DNA of 64,000 nt from an uncultured Thermotogae bacterium. Its GTDB lineage: Bacteria > Bipolaricaulota > Bipolaricaulia > UBA7950 > UBA9294. A program made the translations under genes and the position numbers. The notes under the pieces are model-generated. The model had not been told where the DNA came from. It ran no database searches and was given only the letters and a program-made list of their open reading frames with translations. Shown one piece after another: positions 25,037 to 34,367 of the stretch. Location of the stretch: contig CAZGXU010000002.1 of assembly GCA_964530075.1 (NCBI GenBank), positions 1,247-65,246 of the forward strand. The letters run 5' to 3'. Position 1 is the first letter of the stretch. Every line of letters starts with the position of its first letter.

Positions 25037-26004
25037 TCGTAACGGTCACGCTCAACCCGTCGGTCGACAAAGTCTACTGGGTCGACAGTCTCAAGATCTG
25101 CCAGATCACCCAGGAGGAGTTCCTCACGCGGGCGACGCGAAGCTCGACATCGGCCGGCGGCAAGGGCGTCAATATCTCGCGGTTCCTGTCGGCGTTCGGG
25201 ATGGACAACGTTGCGATGGGGTTCGTCGGTGGGAACACCGGTCACGTCGTGGTCCGGTATCTCCAGAAGAAGGGGGTGACGACGAACTTCGTCTGGACGC
25301 ACGACGAGACGCGGATCAACGTGGTCATTCTCGAGAGTGGCCGCGAACACAGCCCGAACCTGATCAACGAACGCGGCCCTAAGATCACCGAGGCGGAGGT
25401 CGAGCGATTCATGCGTCGATACCGTCGAATGGCGAAGCGGGCGTCGTGGGTCGTGCTCGCCGGGAGCCTTCCGCCGGGGGTCGATTCCGGGATCTACGCC
25501 GAGTTGACGACGATCGCGAGAGAGGGCGGGGCGAAGGTCGCGATCAGCGCCGGCGGCGACGCGCTGACGCAGGCGCTCGATGCGTGTCCGTACCTCGTAA
25601 AGCCGGACACCCGGGAGCACCTCCTCCTCGGAGGGACATCGCTGACCTCGACCGAGTCGATCATCGCGGCGGGGCAACACGTCATCGCGTGTGGCGCGCA
25701 GATGGTCGTCATCTCCCACGACGTAACCGGCGACATCGCGATCACGCCCGACTCGGTCTGGGAGATCAAGACTACGGTGCCGACGTCGCTGTTCAAGAAC
25801 CTTGTCGGGGCGGACGACGCGTTTCTCGGGGGGATCATCTATAAGCTGGCGTCGGAGGCCCCGGTGGAGGAGGTGCTCCGTTTCGGGTTGGCGGCCGGGA
25901 TCGCGAGCGCCGAGAGCGAGAAGAAGATCTGCGAGGACCGCGCCCGGGTCGAGGCCGAGATGGAGAAGGTCACGGTGGCGAAGCTCGAAGGAGTGGGAGG
26001 ATGA
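25033..26004 (+). CDS. pfkB: PfkB-family sugar-phosphate kinase (1-phosphofructokinase/tagatose-6-P kinase type)
   Basis: ATGA overlap with miaB. MIVTVTLNPSVDKVY.., SAGGKGVNISRFL, C-terminal GADDAFLGG. Confidence 0.85.
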   Translation: MIVTVTLNPSVDKVYWVDSLKICQITQEEFLTRATRSSTSAGGKGVNISRFLSAFGMDNVAMGFVGGNTGHVVVRYLQKKGVTTNFVWTHDETRINVVILESGREHSPNLINERGPKITEAEVERFMRRYRRMAKRASWVVLAGSLPPGVDSGIYAELTTIAREGGAKVAISAGGDALTQALDACPYLVKPDTREHLLLGGTSLTSTESIIAAGQHVIACGAQMVVISHDVTGDIAITPDSVWEIKTTVPTSLFKNLVGADDAFLGGIIYKLASEAPVEEVLRFGLAAGIASAESEKKICEDRARVEAEMEKVTVAKLEGVGG

Positions 26005-26435
26005 AGGTCCGCGACATCATGACGAGAGACCTCACGGCTGTGGAGAAGGACATCCCGGTCCGAGAGTTGATCTTCATCCTCGACAACGCCGAGATGCCGA
26101 ACGTCCCCGTCGTCGATGAGGAGAACCGGCTGATCGGGTTCATCTCCGAAAAGGATCTGATCCGAGCGGCGCTCCCCGGATACTTCGAGATGCTTCACAG
26201 CGCATCGTTCATCCCGGACATGAATCAGCTGGCGAACAAGCTCACTCAGATTGCCGATGAGCCGATCGAGAAGTACATGCGTCCCAACGTCCTCAGCGTG
26301 ACGGAGGAGGACGACGACCTGCGGGCGGCTGATCTGATCATCCGCAAAGGGGTGAAGAGCCTTCCGGTCGTCAACGGCGAAGGACGACTGGTCGGGCGCA
26401 TTCGGCGGATCGACCTCCTCCGGCACTCCCTCTAG
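26001..26435 (+). CDS. CBS-pair domain protein
   Basis: ATGA overlap with pfkB. Two CBS repeats (VRDIMTRDLTAV..PVVDEENRLIGFISEKDL; YMRPNVLSV..LPVVNGEGRLVGRIRRIDLL). Confidence 0.85.
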   Translation: MKVRDIMTRDLTAVEKDIPVRELIFILDNAEMPNVPVVDEENRLIGFISEKDLIRAALPGYFEMLHSASFIPDMNQLANKLTQIADEPIEKYMRPNVLSVTEEDDDLRAADLIIRKGVKSLPVVNGEGRLVGRIRRIDLLRHSL

Positions 26436-28933
26436 TGTCGATCGATCTCCCCTGGCAAGATCTCGGGCTCTCCCGAGTTCGCGTCACCGCCGGGGGCCAC
26501 GCCCTTCTCCTTGAGGAGGGTGCGCCGGTCGTCGGTCCGAGCCCCGAGGAGGGGTGCGATCTTCCGCACGCCGTCTACCCGAGCGGCGAGGACGGCATGG
26601 TCCCGGAAGGTGCGATCGATCTTCGTCTGCTGGCGCGCGTCCTTCGGCCCACCCTCCCTGATCACCGGCTGGCAACGGTCGGCGCCTGCTACGGACTGGC
26701 GGAGGCGCAGGGCTCGCCGGCGGCGACGGCCGGCGCCGTCTTCGCGGAGATGGTGGAGGAAGCGGTCGGACTCGATCGGGCGCTTGTCGCCCTCCTCGCC
26801 CGACTTCTTTCGGCACCGCTGTCGGATCTGTTCGATCGGATCCTCCTTCTGCGACGCCCGGAGGTCGCGCCGGATGAGGAGGTCGAGCCGGCGGCGAGGC
26901 CCCCCGAGATCGATCTCACCGCCTCCGTCTCCGCCGAGGTCCTCGGATCGGGAGGCGTGATCGCTGGCGCGCTGCCGGCCTACGAGGAGCGTCCGGGACA
27001 GCTGGCGATGGCCGAGGCGGTGCAGGCCGTGTTCCGCGACGGAGAGGCCCTCCTGGTCGAGGCCGGTCCGGGGATCGGGAAGACGTTCGCGTATCTGGTC
27101 CCGGCGATCCTCCATCTGAGGGCCGACTCCTCAGCCCGAGTCGTCGTCTCGACCCGTACGAAACAGCTCCAAGAGCAGCTGTACGGGAAGGACCTTCCGT
27201 TTCTCCTGGCGCATCTCGCCCCCGATCTGAGGGTGGCGCTTCTGAAGGGGCGCGAGAACTACCTGTGCCTCCGCCGGTGGCAGGCGCTCGTCAGCGAGTT
27301 CGTCGGCGGCCTCGAGCCGGACCGAACGGTCCTCCTCGCTCCGCTCGCCCGCTGGCTCCTCGAGAGCGAGACGGGGGACATCGACGAGAACGGAGCCTTC
27401 CTGAGCCGACCGGAGGCTCGAGCGCTCTGGGGGCGCCTGTGCGACGCGCCGAACCACTGCGTCGGTGTCTTCTGTCCGTTCCTCGACGAGTGCTTCTCCG
27501 TCGCCGCGCGCCGTCGAGCGCGGAAGGCGGACCTCGTCGTGGTCAACCATTCCCTCCTCCTCGGCGATCTCGCGGTCGGCGGCGTGATCCTCGGCAAGTA
27601 CACCCATCTCGTCGTCGACGAGGCACACAGCCTGGAGGCGGCGGCGCGGACCGCGTTCACGAAGAGCCTGTCCGAGCAGATCATCGCGGGCGTCGCCGAC
27701 GAACTCGCCCCGGCTGGGCGGCGGCCCGGTTGGCTGCAGCGGCTCCCGCTCGCCCCCGACGACGCGGACGTCCGTCGTGCGATCGAGCACGTGGCGACGG
27801 TACGACGAAGGTCGGCGGCGCTCTTCCGGAGCCTGGATCGAAGGCTCCCCGAGGAGCGTCGCGGAGCGTTCTCCTCCCTCTCGGGGTCGGAGCGCCGGAT
27901 CGCGGAGACGGAGACCGTGCTGGAGCAGCTGGAGGCGGCGCTCGATCGCCTCGGCGGGAGGCTCGAGGCGGAGGAGACGCTCAAGGAGCTGGGGGGGCAC
28001 ATCGACCGGGTCTCCGGGCTGACCGACGTGACGAAGACGATTGCCGTCCCACCGGACGAGAACGCGGTTCACTGGTACGAGCGGGACCGCGGCGGGCCGA
28101 CTCTCCACGCGACCCCCCTCGACGTGGCCCCTTTCTTCCGGGGGCTCCTCTACCCGCGGATCGAGTCCGTCGTCCTGACCTCGGCGACCCTCTCCCTTGG
28201 CGGGGACTTCGAGTACATCGCTCGCTCGGTCGGGCTGACCGACGGACCGTTGCGGGTTCGGACCGCCGTCGTCGAAAGCCCGTTCTCGTTCCGCGATCGA
28301 ATGAAGGTCGCCGTCCCTTCGTACTCCCCTCCGATCGACAGCGAGGGGGACGCGTACGTCGAAGGGCTCGCGTCGCTTCTCGGAACGCTGACCGCGAAGC
28401 TGGGGAAGAAGGGCCTCGCCCTGTTCACGTCCTACCGGATGCTCCGCGCCGTCCGGGATCGGATTCCGGCGGGGATCGCGACGTACGCCCAAGGGATCGA
28501 CGGTCCACGGAGCAAGCTGATCGATCGGTTCCGCGCCCATTCGGGCGCCGGAATCCTGCTCGGCACGGAGAGCTTCTGGGAGGGGGTCGACCTCCCCGGC
28601 GAGGAGATGGAGTTCCTCGTCATCACCCGTCTCCCGTTTTCCGTGCCGACCGATCCGATCCTGTCGGCGCTGGCCGATCGGGTCGCGAGGGAGGGACGCG
28701 ATCCGTTCCGCGACCTCTCGCTCCCGCAGGCGGTCCTGAGGCTCCGCCAGGGCGTCGGCCGTCTGATCCGGACGAAGGAGGATCGCGGGATCGTGATCCT
28801 CACCGATCCGCGGGTCCTGTCGCGGAGCTACGGCAGGCGCTTCATCGAGTCGTTCCCGGTCCCCGTGGACACGTTCGACGACGAGGGCGACCTCATCGAG
28901 GAGGTCGTCGACTGGTTCGCCGCGGGCGAGTGA
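26435..28933 (+). CDS. dinG: DinG/XPD-family ATP-dependent DNA helicase with degenerate N-terminal exonuclease-like domain
   Basis: Walker A EAGPGIGKTFAYLVPA; DEAH box HLVVDEAHSLE; Cys cluster (CLRRW, CDAPNHC, CPFLDEC); C-terminus GTESFWEGVDLPGE, LRLRQGVGRLIRTKEDRG. Confidence 0.85.
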   Translation: MSIDLPWQDLGLSRVRVTAGGHALLLEEGAPVVGPSPEEGCDLPHAVYPSGEDGMVPEGAIDLRLLARVLRPTLPDHRLATVGACYGLAEAQGSPAATAGAVFAEMVEEAVGLDRALVALLARLLSAPLSDLFDRILLLRRPEVAPDEEVEPAARPPEIDLTASVSAEVLGSGGVIAGALPAYEERPGQLAMAEAVQAVFRDGEALLVEAGPGIGKTFAYLVPAILHLRADSSARVVVSTRTKQLQEQLYGKDLPFLLAHLAPDLRVALLKGRENYLCLRRWQALVSEFVGGLEPDRTVLLAPLARWLLESETGDIDENGAFLSRPEARALWGRLCDAPNHCVGVFCPFLDECFSVAARRRARKADLVVVNHSLLLGDLAVGGVILGKYTHLVVDEAHSLEAAARTAFTKSLSEQIIAGVADELAPAGRRPGWLQRLPLAPDDADVRRAIEHVATVRRRSAALFRSLDRRLPEERRGAFSSLSGSERRIAETETVLEQLEAALDRLGGRLEAEETLKELGGHIDRVSGLTDVTKTIAVPPDENAVHWYERDRGGPTLHATPLDVAPFFRGLLYPRIESVVLTSATLSLGGDFEYIARSVGLTDGPLRVRTAVVESPFSFRDRMKVAVPSYSPPIDSEGDAYVEGLASLLGTLTAKLGKKGLALFTSYRMLRAVRDRIPAGIATYAQGIDGPRSKLIDRFRAHSGAGILLGTESFWEGVDLPGEEMEFLVITRLPFSVPTDPILSALADRVAREGRDPFRDLSLPQAVLRLRQGVGRLIRTKEDRGIVILTDPRVLSRSYGRRFIESFPVPVDTFDDEGDLIEEVVDWFAAGE

Positions 28934-28971
28934 CCGGCTCCCGTCCGGGAGCGTGCCACCCAGTACTGGAA

Positions 28972-29000
28972 TTGACTTGACGGGCGTCGGGGGATAGAAT
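28972..29000 (+). promoter_or_regulatory. Sigma-70-like promoter upstream of the GT2 gene
   Basis: TTGACT - 17 nt - TAGAAT in a locally AT-richer spacer, 58 nt before the ATG at 29058. Confidence 0.5.
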
Positions 29001-29057
29001 GCTACCAGTGAAGGGATGGGGCGATAACCCAACTTCGTCTGCATAACCAGCATTCCC

Positions 29058-29693
29058 ATGCGTGTTTCCGTGGTGGTACCCGCATATAACGAGGCTGGGC
29101 GAATCGGCGCTGTTCTTGGTCCCATCGTGGCTAGTTCGTTCGTCGACGAGGTGATCGTGGTCGACGATGGGTCGGAGGACGGGACGGCGGAGGAAGCGAA
29201 GGACTTCCCGGTCCGGGTCGTCACTCTTCCCGAGAATCGGGGCAAGGCAGCGGCGCTCGCTGTCGGCGTGACCGAAGCGAGGAACGATACACTTCTGTTC
29301 CTCGATGCGGATCTCGTCGGGCTAACCACGGAGCACGTCGACCGGATGGTCAAGGTGTACCGCGACGAGGGGCTGGACATGGTCGTGGGTGTCTTCTCCG
29401 ACGGCCGGAAGAACACCGACTTCGCGCAGAAGATCAACCCGTATGCTTCCGGGCAGCGTGTCCTTCCCCGGAGGTTGTGGGAGAGAGCACGGGAGAACGT
29501 CGAGGAGATGAACTTCGGGATCGAGATGGCCCTTTCGCGGCTTGCGTCGAAGGAAGGATGGCGCAAGGAGTACGTGAAGCTCGAGGGCGTGACGCATATC
29601 CTGAAAGAGGAGAAGCGCGGGCTCGTCAAGGGGATTCTGGACCGTCTGAAGATGTACGGGGACATGGTGAAGTGGCTTTTCAAGAAGCTCTAG
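29058..29693 (+). CDS. Family 2 glycosyltransferase
   Basis: VSVVVPAYNEAGRI, VIVVDDGSEDGT, LLFLDADL (DxD). 211 aa. Confidence 0.85.
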   Translation: MRVSVVVPAYNEAGRIGAVLGPIVASSFVDEVIVVDDGSEDGTAEEAKDFPVRVVTLPENRGKAAALAVGVTEARNDTLLFLDADLVGLTTEHVDRMVKVYRDEGLDMVVGVFSDGRKNTDFAQKINPYASGQRVLPRRLWERARENVEEMNFGIEMALSRLASKEGWRKEYVKLEGVTHILKEEKRGLVKGILDRLKMYGDMVKWLFKKL

Positions 29694-29856
29694 CGGCCGT
29701 CGGCGTGAGGCCGTACGTCTGATCGAACGGGACCCGGGCCGTGCGGTTCGCCCTCGCATCGCGTGGGACGAGCGACCGCTGTCATCCGGATCGTGGGGAC
29801 CGCGGAAGGACGAGGGGCATGGATCGGCAAACCCATCGTAGGGGTGAGATGCACGG

Positions 29857-30852
29857 ATGCTCTTCCATTGGTTGACGTTCGTTCTGTCGGCGATCGGGAT
29901 CGTCTTCGCCGGGATCCGGCTCGCGCCCTACGGGGAAGCGATCGGGAGACGGACCGGGATCGGGCAGGGATGGATCGGGCTTCTCTTCCTCGCGACGCTG
30001 ACCTCGATCCCGGAGCTGACGACGACGGTTTCCGGCGCGAGCCTCGGCGTTCCGAACATCGCGCTGGGGAACGCGTTCGGCAGCAACCTGTTCAACGTCG
30101 TCATCCTCGCCGTGATGGATATTCTCCTCCTGGGAAGGGGCCCCTTCCTCCTGAAGGTACGCGGCTATCACACGCTCAGCGGGGGGGTGGCCGTCCTCCT
30201 GACGCTGTTCGGGGTCCTCGGGATCGTCCTGGCGCCGCGGGCGACCTTCCTCGGGATCAGCCCGGTCAGCTGGCTGATCCTCATCGGTTACGTCGCCGGC
30301 GTCTTCCTCCTCTTCCACGCGGAACGGAATGAGACGCCTGGGGAGAAGGCCAAGCCGGAGGGACCGCTACGGGCGGCGATCGTCGGGTTCGCGATCTGTG
30401 CCGCGGTGATCGTCGTCTCCGGGATCTTCTTGATCCGCGCGAGCAAGGAGATCTCCCTGACGTCCGGCCTGTCGGCCTCGTTCATGGGGGCGATCCTCGT
30501 CGCGATCGTGACGTCGTTGCCCGAGCTCGCCACGTCGATCGGGGCGTTGCGGATAGGGGCCTACGACATGATCGTCGGCAACCTCCTCGGTTCGAACATG
30601 TTCAACATCCTGACGATCTTCTTCGCCGACGCGGCGTTCCGGAAGGGCTCGATCTACGCAAGCCTGGGGGACGGAGAGACCGATCAGATCGTCGTCGCGA
30701 TCTGCAGCGTCTTGCTGACGGTCGTCGCGATGGTGTCGTTGGGAGCGCGGTCCCGGCGACGGATTCTGGGGATCGGGGCCGATTCGGTCGCCCTGTTGGT
30801 TTTCTATTTCGGTGCCACCGCGCTGATCGTCTTCAGGGGCATCCAGTTCTGA
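29857..30852 (+). CDS. CaCA-family sodium/calcium exchanger membrane protein (YrbG-like)
   Basis: Two alpha-repeats, SIPELTTTVSGA..GNAFGSNLFNV and SLPELATSIGAL..GNLLGSNMFNI, with ~10 TM helices. Confidence 0.85.
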   Translation: MLFHWLTFVLSAIGIVFAGIRLAPYGEAIGRRTGIGQGWIGLLFLATLTSIPELTTTVSGASLGVPNIALGNAFGSNLFNVVILAVMDILLLGRGPFLLKVRGYHTLSGGVAVLLTLFGVLGIVLAPRATFLGISPVSWLILIGYVAGVFLLFHAERNETPGEKAKPEGPLRAAIVGFAICAAVIVVSGIFLIRASKEISLTSGLSASFMGAILVAIVTSLPELATSIGALRIGAYDMIVGNLLGSNMFNILTIFFADAAFRKGSIYASLGDGETDQIVVAICSVLLTVVAMVSLGARSRRRILGIGADSVALLVFYFGATALIVFRGIQF

Positions 30853-30862
30853 GGTGATTTCG

Positions 30863-32116
30863 ATGATGGAAGTACGAGAACTACGTGAAAAAGCGATCGA
30901 CGAGCTGCTCGGGCTCTCCGAGGAGCTCGGGCTGAAGAACAACAGGCAATCGGGGAAGGACGACCTTCTCCGAGTGGTGATGGCCCATCTGGCCAGGGCA
31001 CACGAACTCCACTTCACGGACGGAATCCTCGAGCTGCATCCGGACGGGTACGGCTTCCTGCGGGATGACTCGTGTCTGCCGGGGCGGACCGACGTCTACG
31101 TCTCTCCGTCGCAGATCAAGCGCTTCGCGCTTCGAGACGGCGATCTGATCACGGGGATGATTCGTGCCCCGAAGAACGACGAGCGCTACTTCGCCCTGCA
31201 GAAGGCGGAGGGCGTGAACGGCGTCGATCCGGACGAGTCGCGCCGGCGCGTTCAGTTCAGGGACCTGGTCCCACTCCATCCGGATGAGATGTACAGGTTG
31301 GAACACGATCCGGACGAGATCTCCACGCGGATCATCGACCTGTTCTGCCCGATCGGAAAGGGACAACGCGGCCTGATCGTCTCGCCGCCGATGGCGGGCA
31401 AAACGACGCTGTTGAAGCAGATCGCCAACGGGATCAACGCGAACTATCCCGACGTCAAGCTGTTCGTCCTCCTCGTCGACGAGAGGCCGGAGGAGGTCAC
31501 CGATTTCACGCGTTCGGTGCCGAACGGAGAGGTCGTGGCGGCGACGTTCGATCAGGAGCCTCGACACCACACCCGGATCGCGGAGCTGGTGACGGATCGC
31601 GCCAAGCGGCTCGTCGAGCTCGGGCAGGACGTCGTCGTCCTGATGGATTCGATCACCCGGCTCGCTCGCGCGTACAACCTGTCGATCCCTGCATCCGGGA
31701 AGCTTCTGTCCGGAGGGATGGATCCCTCGGCGCTCTACAAGCCGAAGGAGTTCTTCGGTGCGGCGCGAAACATCGAGAACGGAGGGAGTCTGACGATCAT
31801 CGCGACGGCGCTGATCGACACGGGGAGCAAGCTCGACCAGGTCGTGTTCGAGGAGTTCAAGGGGACCGGAAACATGCAGCTGATCCTCGATCGAACCCTT
31901 GCGAACAAGCGAATCTTCCCGGCGATCGACGTGGAACAGAGCGCGACGCGCAAGGAGGAGCTCCTGCTCGGGGAGAAGGAATTGAACCGAGTATGGATCC
32001 TCCGTAAGATGATGTCGGAGCTAAACGATCCCCAGGCGGCGATGGAGTTCATCAAGGGGAAGATGGAGGCGACCAAGGACAACGACCAGTTCCTTGAGTT
32101 GATGAGCAGTGATTAG
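30863..32116 (+). CDS. rho: Transcription termination factor Rho
   Basis: ATG 30863 follows GAGGTGA (the track GTG 30854 is also possible). Rho N-terminal and CSD-like domain (YVSPSQIKRFALRDGDLITG), Walker A PPMAGKTTLL, LLVDERPEEV, IFPAIDVEQSATRKEELL. Confidence 0.93.
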   Translation: MMEVRELREKAIDELLGLSEELGLKNNRQSGKDDLLRVVMAHLARAHELHFTDGILELHPDGYGFLRDDSCLPGRTDVYVSPSQIKRFALRDGDLITGMIRAPKNDERYFALQKAEGVNGVDPDESRRRVQFRDLVPLHPDEMYRLEHDPDEISTRIIDLFCPIGKGQRGLIVSPPMAGKTTLLKQIANGINANYPDVKLFVLLVDERPEEVTDFTRSVPNGEVVAATFDQEPRHHTRIAELVTDRAKRLVELGQDVVVLMDSITRLARAYNLSIPASGKLLSGGMDPSALYKPKEFFGAARNIENGGSLTIIATALIDTGSKLDQVVFEEFKGTGNMQLILDRTLANKRIFPAIDVEQSATRKEELLLGEKELNRVWILRKMMSELNDPQAAMEFIKGKMEATKDNDQFLELMSSD

Positions 32117-33113
32117 CCAAGGCCACCGCTATCAGGGCAAGAAGCCGATTCGGAGGGATCGCGTTGCGATCGCGGTGCTGTTCGTCCTCGCGGCCATCCT
32201 CATGCCGATCCTCCTTCGCTCCGGCGGCTCCCGGAACGACGACTCGCTGACCATCATCGACAACGGGACGATCGTTGGTCCGGGGGAAGGGACGAGCGCG
32301 GCGACGGAGGAGGAGGTCCCGCTCGACGTCTTCCCGATCGCGACCGACGAGGGATCGACCGCCCCGCTGCCGGCGATCGAGGACCGGATCCTCCGTCACA
32401 CCGTCTCGGACGGCGAGACCGTCAGCGAGGTCGCCTCCGAACTCGGCGTCAGCGTATCGAACCTTCTGGCCAGCAACCGGCTGTTCGGCGGTGGACAACT
32501 CCAACCGGGTCAAGTCCTCTTCGCCTCCCGGGAAGGCGTCGTGCATACGATCCAGCCTGGCCAGACGCTGACCGACATCTCCCTGACGTACGCCGTACCG
32601 GTTGAGACGCTGACCTCGGCGAACGGGATCACAACGTCCTCGACGATCTACGCCGGCGATCGGATCCTGATTCCGGGAGTGACGACGACGTTCTGGGACG
32701 ACGTCGTCCGCCTGTCGAAGGGCGTGTCGTCACGATTCATCTGGCCGCTCGAGGGCGAGGTTGTGTCGACGTTCGGCCCGCGCGTCCATCCCGTGCTCGG
32801 GACCCGCGAGCACCACGACGGGATCGACATCGATGTCCCGGAGGGGACGATCGTCCACGCCGCGGCCAGCGGCAAGGTCTACTACTACGGCGAGCAGCCG
32901 GGGTACGGGAACGTCCTCATCATCGAGCACGCGGACGGGTACTACACGATGTACGGTCACCTGTCGAGCGCGATCGTCTCTGCCGGCCGCTACGTCGAGA
33001 TGGGGCAGGAGATCGCGCTCTCCGGGAACACCGGCATCTCCTCCGGCCCGCACCTCCACTTCGAGATCCGCAACGGTGAGTTCCCGATCGATCCACTCCG
33101 CTACCTGCCCTAG
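32109..33113 (+). CDS. M23 peptidase with two LysM domains
   Basis: TM anchor; LysM x2 (HTVSDGETVSEVASELGVSVSNLLASN; HTIQPGQTLTDISLTYAVPVETLTSAN); M23 motifs HDGIDI, HLS.., GNTGISSGPHLHFEI. Confidence 0.88.
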   Translation: MISQGHRYQGKKPIRRDRVAIAVLFVLAAILMPILLRSGGSRNDDSLTIIDNGTIVGPGEGTSAATEEEVPLDVFPIATDEGSTAPLPAIEDRILRHTVSDGETVSEVASELGVSVSNLLASNRLFGGGQLQPGQVLFASREGVVHTIQPGQTLTDISLTYAVPVETLTSANGITTSSTIYAGDRILIPGVTTTFWDDVVRLSKGVSSRFIWPLEGEVVSTFGPRVHPVLGTREHHDGIDIDVPEGTIVHAAASGKVYYYGEQPGYGNVLIIEHADGYYTMYGHLSSAIVSAGRYVEMGQEIALSGNTGISSGPHLHFEIRNGEFPIDPLRYLP

Positions 33114-33116
33114 CCG

Positions 33117-34367
33117 ATGGAGTCCTTTCGCATCGAAGGCGGCGTTCCACTCTCCGGAACGGTTCGTGTCGACGGGGCGAAGAACTCGGCGCTCCCCGCC
33201 TGCGTCGCTTCGCTCCTGACCGACGAACCGGTCGTTCTGCATCGCGTCCCGGAGCTTCGGGACGTCAGCACGATCCTCTACACCCTCGGCGCGCTCGGAC
33301 GGCGCGTCGTCCGACACGGGGCTCACGTCTCGATCGGGGTGGGCGAGGAGTCGTCCACGGAGGCCGACGCCTATTCGGTCCGGCAGATGCGCGCTTCGTT
33401 CCTCGTGCTCGCCCCGCTCGTCGCCCGGTTCGGACGTGCGGCCGTTCCGCTTCCCGGAGGGTGTGCGATCGGGCGCCGTCCGGTCGACCTGCATCTCACC
33501 GGACTCCGCGCCCTCGGGGCGCGCGTCGAGGAACGTGACGGCGTCGTCCTCGTCACGGCCGATCGCTTGACCGGCGCGCGGATCGTGCTCCCGTACCCGT
33601 CGGTCGGCGCGACCGAGCAGATCCTGATGGCCGCGTCCCTGGCGAGCGGTGAGACGGTCATCGAGAACGGCGCGATCGAGCCGGAGGTCGAGGATCTCGC
33701 GGCCCTCCTAGGGAGGATGGGGGCGAAGATCGAGATCGACGGCCGGACGATTCGCATCGACGGGCGGAGGGAGCTGCGCGGCGCGGAGCACACGCTGATC
33801 CCGGATCGGATGGAGGCGGGGACCTTTCTCCTGGCCGGGGCGATCACCGGAGGCTCCGTCACCGTCGCGGGAGTCCGGAGCGAGCATCTGACGCCGTTTC
33901 TCGGCCCGCTCGAGTCGACCGGGGCCGACGTGACGATCGGCGTCGAGACGGTGACGGTCCACGGCCCGTCGCGGCCGCTTCCGGCCGAGGTCGTCACCGC
34001 GCCGCATCCCGGGTTCCCGACCGACCTGCATCCCCCGTTCGTCGCCTACCTTGCGTTGGCGACCGGATCGAGCAGCCTCGTCGAGTCCGTCTTCGAAGAC
34101 CGCTTCGCCTACGTCGACGCGCTCTGCAAGATGGGGGCGAAGATCGTTCGAAGCGGGGCGGCGCTGACGATCCACGGCGTCGAGTCGCTGCAGGGGCAAG
34201 CCACCGAGGCGACGGACATCCGGGCCGGTGCCGCGTTGACCCTCGCCGGCCTGGCGGCGCGGGGGCGCACGACCCTGACCCATCTGGAACACATCGATCG
34301 AGGCTATTCGAGCCTCGAGGAGAAGCTGCAACATCTGGGGGCGAGGATTGAACGACGCGATGAATGA
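33117..34367 (+). CDS. murA: UDP-N-acetylglucosamine 1-carboxyvinyltransferase
   Basis: VDGAKNSALP, active-site loop GGCAIGRRPVDLH, HPGFPTDL, 416 aa. Confidence 0.93.
   Translation: MESFRIEGGVPLSGTVRVDGAKNSALPACVASLLTDEPVVLHRVPELRDVSTILYTLGALGRRVVRHGAHVSIGVGEESSTEADAYSVRQMRASFLVLAPLVARFGRAAVPLPGGCAIGRRPVDLHLTGLRALGARVEERDGVVLVTADRLTGARIVLPYPSVGATEQILMAASLASGETVIENGAIEPEVEDLAALLGRMGAKIEIDGRTIRIDGRRELRGAEHTLIPDRMEAGTFLLAGAITGGSVTVAGVRSEHLTPFLGPLESTGADVTIGVETVTVHGPSRPLPAEVVTAPHPGFPTDLHPPFVAYLALATGSSSLVESVFEDRFAYVDALCKMGAKIVRSGAALTIHGVESLQGQATEATDIRAGAALTLAGLAARGRTTLTHLEHIDRGYSSLEEKLQHLGARIERRDE

Noticed and set aside
27131-29683. 850-aa minus-strand ORF antisense to the DinG-like helicase and GT2 genes
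   Set aside because: Ser/Arg/Pro-rich shadow frame. It spans an intergenic promoter region and two well-supported plus-strand genes.
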